Below, piece after piece: positions 54,591-64,000 of a stretch of 64,000 nucleotides of DNA (position 1 is its first letter; each line of letters opens with the position of its first letter). Position numbers and translations under genes: made by a program. The notes beneath the pieces are model-generated. The model saw only the letters and a program-made list of their open reading frames with translations. It did not search any database and was not told the origin of the DNA. The DNA is taken from assembly GCF_009914755.1 (NCBI RefSeq), contig NC_060936.1. One strand, written 5' to 3'. This DNA is from the human T2T-CHM13v2.0 reference genome, Homo sapiens.

Positions 54591-57500
54591 CCCCGGGGGT
54601 TGGGGGGGGGGCTGCAGGCAGAAGAAACCGAGAGGTAACTTTTAACCCTAGCGGCGCCGGCAGCTAGGGAGCGCGAGGTTTGGGAGACGGGGAGCGCGGC
54701 GCGGGGCGGCGCGAGAAGGCTCCCCGCAGCGGAGGTCCTGGGCTTTGGGGGTCTCGGGGGACCCCCGCGGAGGCGCGGAGCGCGAGGGAAGGTTGTTCTC
54801 CTTCCCCTTTTCCTGAATTCAGCTCGAGTTCCGATTTGGCGAGGGAAAAAGGCTTGTTTGCCGTTTTGGATGAAGCTGATGCTGAATTCGGCTGCATTAT
54901 TCAAAAATATTCCGAGGCTGTTGTTTTGTTTGGGGGAGGTGGGTGGATTCAAAATCTTATGGAAGGGTCAGATTACACCCAACTTGCCTCGTTTCAGGTC
55001 TGACTTGGCACCTGTAGGCTTTCAGCCTGACCCTAACGTGCCCCCAGCGCCTGGCTAGAAACCTGACCCTAAAGTGCCCCCAGCGCCCGGTGGGAGGCTG
55101 GATGGGCCCACCTGAGCTCGCGTGGGGCGCGGACGGAGGCATTCTCGCTGCCCGGCACCCGCACCCAAAAGACCCTCGCAAGGGGCTTTCTAAAGGGAAA
55201 CTTCTTGTCTGCTTTCTTTGTGAACATTATTTTCCTGATGGCGTTACAGTTTTCTGCGATGACCCCGATTTAATGCGCAGTGGAGACCCTAAGGGGTCGG
55301 CGAGAGGAGGGGCGCGGGGGACTTTAATTCCCCCTTTTCCAATCCGACAGCCACTCCTGTGCACCTCCAGACTGGAGCGTCTGCAGTTGTCACAAACGGT
55401 GAAGGTTCAGATGGGCTGGGCGGCTGTCAGGATTCTGTGGGGGAGAATGAAACCTGTGATCTTAAATCGACTGGGATTCAGACAACTTTGGGATTCAGAC
55501 CATCGGGATGAGTCCAGAGATGGCTCCAAGTTGGGAGTCTGGAACCTGCTGAGGGAGCTTCCGTTCTTGCCTTCCCACCGCAGAGTATAACCAAGATTCT
55601 TCGAGTCTGTGAACTTAGTTTTGGTCTGAATTGATCAGGAGGAGAAATGTCCCTTTTGGCCCACAGCGTGGTGAAATGACAACAAAGTCAGGGCTCAAAG
55701 CCCACAACACTGTGTGATTCTGGTGGCCTTTTCCCTCACCCAGCTCCAATTATTCTAGGCTTCATAATGGCCAAGACCTACTGCGCATCTTCTATGTCTG
55801 GCACCTGTGGGCTTTGGGCGCCCTTGCCTCTGCTGCCTAAAGGTAAATCTCCCAACAATTCTACATGCAATTACTATAATATTTCAAAGATGAGGAAGCT
55901 GAGGCACAGGTAGGTAAGGGTTCTTGCCCTAGCTCACAGAGTAGCTAAGAATGAAACCGTCATCTGAACTAGGGCAGTATGCCGCAGGCTCTAAGCTCTT
56001 AACCACGGTTTTATACTGCCCCCTGTAATCTGGGAATAATAATACCTCCATCCCAGGATTGGGGCAGAGATTAAATGAGAGAAATGTGTGCCAAGCACCT
56101 GGCACGCAGTGGGCCCTGGATAGACCTTGGTTCCCTTTGCTTCTCGCCAGAACCACTTCCCATTCTCCTGGGACTCACCTCCTTAATCCCCCTAGTCTTT
56201 ACAGAGGGGACCTGATCCATTGCCCGGGTGTAGCGTTCCAAGAATGAAGACACAGTGTCTATTTAAAAAGCCCTTTGGATTTAAATTGAACAATTCCCTC
56301 CCCCCATTTTTAATCTGCACGCTTTTAACGGCTCACTTCATGGACATTAATTTTAATGGGACGATTATTACCCTGTTTGGAAGCCTGCCCCTCGAAATGC
56401 TGGGCTCGCAAGGTGGCGCTGGGTCGGGTCCCAGCAGCTTGGATGTTGTCTGTAGAAGAGGGGGTGCAATCTTGGCCGTGGGGATGCAACGTTCAGCAGA
56501 GGGGGAAGAGAAGGGGGTGATGAAAAAGTGGGAGAGAAGGAAGGACCTCTCTCTCCCTGACACTCTTAAGTCTGGCAGTCCTTAATTTGCACACATGAGT
56601 TATCCTGTGCTATTGGACCACTTACTAACTGGGGAGCATGGCCTTGAGAGGTGGCTTTTTGGAGCCTCCATTCTCTCAACTGTAAAGTGGGAATAATAAT
56701 AGTACCCACCTCCCAGCCTAAATACCAGGAAAGCCCTTACTTAGCACAGTGCCTCCTGGCCCATCATTAGGTTTTTTGTTTTTTGTTTGTTTGTTTGTTT
56801 GTTTTTTAGACAGAGTCTTGCTCTGTCACCAGGCTGGAGTGCAGTGGCACGATCTTGGCTCACAGCAACCTCCACCTCCAGGTTCAAGCGATTCTCCCGC
56901 CTTGGCCTCCCCAGTAGCTGGGAGTACAGACACCCGCCACCACGCCCAGCTTATTTTTGTATTTTTAGTAGAAATGGGGTTTTGCCATGTCGGCCACGCT
57001 CGTCTCGAACTCCTAACCTTCAGTGATCCTCCTGCCTTGGCTTCCCAAAGTGCTGGGATTACAGGCATGAGCCACCATGCCCGGTCCCATCACTAGCATT
57101 TAATAAATGTTGACTACTGTTAATATTTTAGAGTGGATCATGTAGTTGTCAAATAGTGTACTTTGAAGAATGTTGGGGATCCACACCCTCAAATATATAT
57201 AGTTCCCCTATTGTGAATTGGTGATTCCATTGCTGATATTAAGCATTGCTCAAAGAAAGCAAATTCTTTGGGAGGGTAACATGTCTCCTAGCACTTTTTA
57301 AATTGTCTTAATTTTTATTAAAAAAAATTTTTTTTTTAAATGGTGTTTCTCTCTGTGGCCCAGGTTGGAGTGCAGTGATGAGATCATAACTCACTGCAAC
57401 CTCCAGCTCCTGGGCTCAAGCAATCCTCCCACCTCAGCTCTGGAGTAGCTGGGACCACAGACACACACCACCACACCTGGCTAATTTTAAAAAAACTTTT

Positions 57501-57924
57501 AGAGATTTTTTTGGGTCTTGCTATGTTGCCTAGGCTGGTCTTGAACTCCTGGGCTCAAGTAATCCTCCCACCGCAGCCTCTCGAGTGGCTAGAACTAGAG
57601 GCGTGCACCACCGTGCCAAGCTTCTCCTAACAGTTTAGTAAAAATGAGTTGTCGATTTCAATGTTTAACTTAATAAGCACTTATATAGTGCTCGCTCTGT
57701 GCCAGGTGCTGTTCTAAGTTCTCTAGACACATAACTCCTTTAATTCCCCTAATAACCCTATGAGACAGATACTATTGTTAGCCCAACGTTATGTATGCAT
57801 AAACCAAGGCAGAGGGGTTAAGTAACTCATCCAAAGTCACACACCTGCCACGCCCCAGAGTTTGAGCCCTTTAGAATTAGGGTGACAAATGGTTACTGGG
57901 GACTTGGGAAGAGGGAGGGAGGCT

Positions 57925-58652
57925 GTAGTGGGATGAATTCTGTCCCCCCTGCCACCGCTCCACCCCAAATTGATAACCCCTGGAACTTCAAAATGTGGCT
58001 ATATTTGGAGATAGCATCTTTAAGTAATTAAGTTAAAATGAGGTCATTAGGATGGACCTGAATCCATTATGACTGGTGTCCTCATAAGAAGAGGAAATTA
58101 GGACACAGACACAGACACACAGAAGGAAGACCATGTGAAGACAGAGGAAGAAGGCATCTACCAGCCAAGGAGAGAACCTAGAACAGGTCTTTCCTTCACA
58201 GCCCTCAGAAGGAACTAACCCTGCCCGGGCCTGGTGGCTCACACCTGTAATCCCAGCACTTTGGGAGACCCAGGCGGGTAGATTGCTTGAGCACAGGAGT
58301 TCAAGACTAGCCTGGGCAACATGGTGAAACCCTGTCTCTACAAAAAAAAAAAAATAGCTGGCATGGTGGTGTGCTCCTGTGGTTCCCAGCTACTCAGGCG
58401 GCTGAGGTGGAAGGATTGCTTGAGCCCAGGAAATCAAGGCTGCAGTGAGCCGAGATCATGCCATTGTGTTCCATCCTGGGTGACAGAATGAGGAGTGAGG
58501 CCCAGTCTCAAAAAAAAAAAAAAAAAAAAAGGAACCAACCCTGTCAACTCATTGAACTTGAACTTCCAGCCTCTAGAACTGTGAGAAAATAAATTTTTGT
58601 TGTTTAAGCCCCTGAGACTGTGGCATGTTGCTATGGCACCCCTAGCAAACAA
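57925..58652 (+). mobile_element. MLT1A/B LTR interrupted by Alu (58227-58530)
   Basis: tatttggagatag...gactggtgtcctcataagaagaggaaat...ttccagcctctagaactgtgagaaaataaattt; TSD-like ggaactaaccctg/ggaaccaaccctg. Confidence 0.85.
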
Positions 58653-58739
58653 ATATAGAGAGGAACAACATCCTAAACAGGAAGCTAGAAGCAGATATTT
58701 CACCAGACTCTGGCTGCTTTTACTGTGGGGCACATGTGA

Positions 58740-60020
<1,281 letters not shown>

Positions 60021-61344
60021 CTTACCTGTCTTTCTCTCTTTCAAACATATGCAGTGATATATGTACAATCGTTATGATCAAGTGTGTGTGTGCGTGCATG
60101 TGTGTGGATTCTTTCCCTAAATTATTCTCTTAACTCCTACAGAAATCAGTACTCAAGTGTATTGAACAGGAAGGGGTTGGGTATTTCCTTTCTTTAATTA
60201 AAACAATAATTACCTATCCTGGTGTTTGAGACTGAGTGAGCCTTACCTTATGGTGTTTTAATTTGTGTGGCTTGGTGGAGTGGTAAATGAATGAACAGCT
60301 GTTGACTTCTCCAAACAGCTGTGTTTCCTGAAGCCATGTATTAAAGCCAGGGCCAGATTCAATGCCAGGAGCCTGCTTGGTGAACAACAGAGTTCTTGAA
60401 TTGAAATCAGAGATATAGCAGAGTTTGACACTTGGAGCCAGAGAGACCTGGGTTTGAACCCTAGTCCCACTATGCGATAGTTGGGTACCTGGGGCATATT
60501 TTCCACCTCTCTGAGCCTCCACTTTCCCATCTGCAAAATGGGACTAATAATCCTAGTACCTTCCTCATTGTGTTGTGAGGAGGATTAAAAAGAGAGAATG
60601 TCTGTCAAGTGTTTGGCAAAGTAGTTGGCACTCAGTAAATATTAGTTATGGTCTTTGTTGATATCTCAGGATTACTAAGCAGCCACTTGAGAACTGGAAC
60701 AGGGACCCTGACCCAAGCCCACTGGGAATACAAGAGGATTCAGATTTCAGTGAGTACCTTATTCAATTACATCATGGCTATTCCCAGGAGAGTTTCCCTC
60801 CATCCAATAGACCCAGATCAGGACAGCGCTAATTTCTCACATTTACCCTATTTGACCCTCCCATACCTGAAAAAAAAATGGGGCAACCCCTTCTCCAGGG
60901 ACGTCCTTGTAATTCATTTGATACCTCTCCCCTGAGGATCTTGTTGTTGTAAGCAAATGGAGAAGAGCACATGAACGTCCACAGCAGGGGAGAAAAAAAT
61001 TAACCAGCCCATAATTATAGTCTCATCAATACTTTAAGTGTAAAGGGTAAACCTCACTTAAATAAAACCTAATTCCTTGATTACCGGAGTCACAAGAGAT
61101 AGGGCTGATTAAACCTGCACCTCTGCTGTGAAAATCCAGTCATATTGTCCTTTGCTCAGGCAATAATCACTTTATTGAAGGCAACTGAGCTCAGTTTAAA
61201 CACATGAATCACTAGACTTGAAATTATGCTGATGAAAGTGTAAATGAGGATAAATGCTGAAGAACATTTTGGCAGAGCTGGAAAAACTGAAAACGCACAT
61301 GCCCTATGACCTGGTGATTCCACTTCCAGCTCTTTACTCTAGAT

Positions 61345-62899
<1,555 letters not shown>

Positions 62900-62936
62900 T
62901 TATAAGAATTTTTATTGTTTATTTGGTAAGTCCAGA

Positions 62937-63463
<527 letters not shown>

Positions 63464-63813
63464 TCCAGGGGAAGGCATGGCCTTTCAAGGTTGGGTTTAT
63501 GGTGCAAATATCTCATCAAAGATCAGGCTGTGCCTGTGCTTCCACTCCGTCACCCTTAGTATGTTGGTTTTAGTCTTCAGGCTTATTGCCTCATGGCAGC
63601 AAGATGGCTGCCACAGCTCCAGCTATCACATCCTTGATGCAAAAGGAGAGAGAAGGAAAAGAAAAAGAACTCCTTGTGCAGGTCTCTTGTTCAGGGGAAA
63701 AAAAACCTTTCTTAGAAGCCCCCCAGCAGATTTTTCTTAATCTCATCGACCAGCAGTAAATCTCATGCTCACTTCCAGACCAATGATTGGCAAAAGGTAA
63801 TGTAATTGTCAGG

Positions 63814-64000
63814 TGTACTAGATCAAATAGTGTCTCCTCCAAAAGTTCTTCTCCACCTGCAACGTGTGGGTGTGACCTTATTTGGAAATCGGGTCTTTGC
63901 AGGTGTAAGCAAGTTAACATGAGGTCGCACTGGATTAGGATGGATCTTAAGCAGTGACTAGTGTCCTTATAAGAAGAGGGGAATTTGGACACAGATATAC
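63814..64000 (+). mobile_element. MLT1-type LTR running off the window end
   Basis: tgtgaccttatttggaaat...gggtctttgcag...gtgtccttataagaagagg. Confidence 0.8.

Overview
Primate (very probably human, recognised as chr12q24.2) genomic DNA containing two convergently transcribed genes in an Alu-dense background. On the + strand is the 3' part of RNFT2 (TMEM118, transmembrane RING E3 ligase): three phase-0 coding exons (6985-7134, 9156-9221, 9377-9478), a terminal exon completing the C3HC4 RING (22435-22569), a long Alu-rich 3'UTR with alternative acceptors, and poly(A) signals near 26.06-26.75 kb. On the - strand is the whole HRK/DP5 gene (BH3-only pro-apoptotic protein): the 91-aa CDS lies entirely in exon 1 (54100-54375) inside a CpG island, followed by a ~19.5 kb intron lying in the 3'UTR and a non-coding exon 2 (from 34575) with proximal (~34.33 kb) and distal (~29.26 kb) poly(A) sites. 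The rest is Alu, L1, L2/MIR, MaLR/ERV LTR and hAT/Tigger fossils plus microsatellites; most ORF-track entries are Alu or low-complexity artefacts. Repeat boundaries are approximate (read by eye) and only a subset of the several dozen Alus is listed. I found no wholly new gene system. The best leads are post-transcriptional: RING-truncating RNFT2 C-termini (one apparently cryptic), an HRK stop 56 nt from an exon junction, an APA-gated miR-29 site cluster, and an overlapping bidirectional poly(A) signal.
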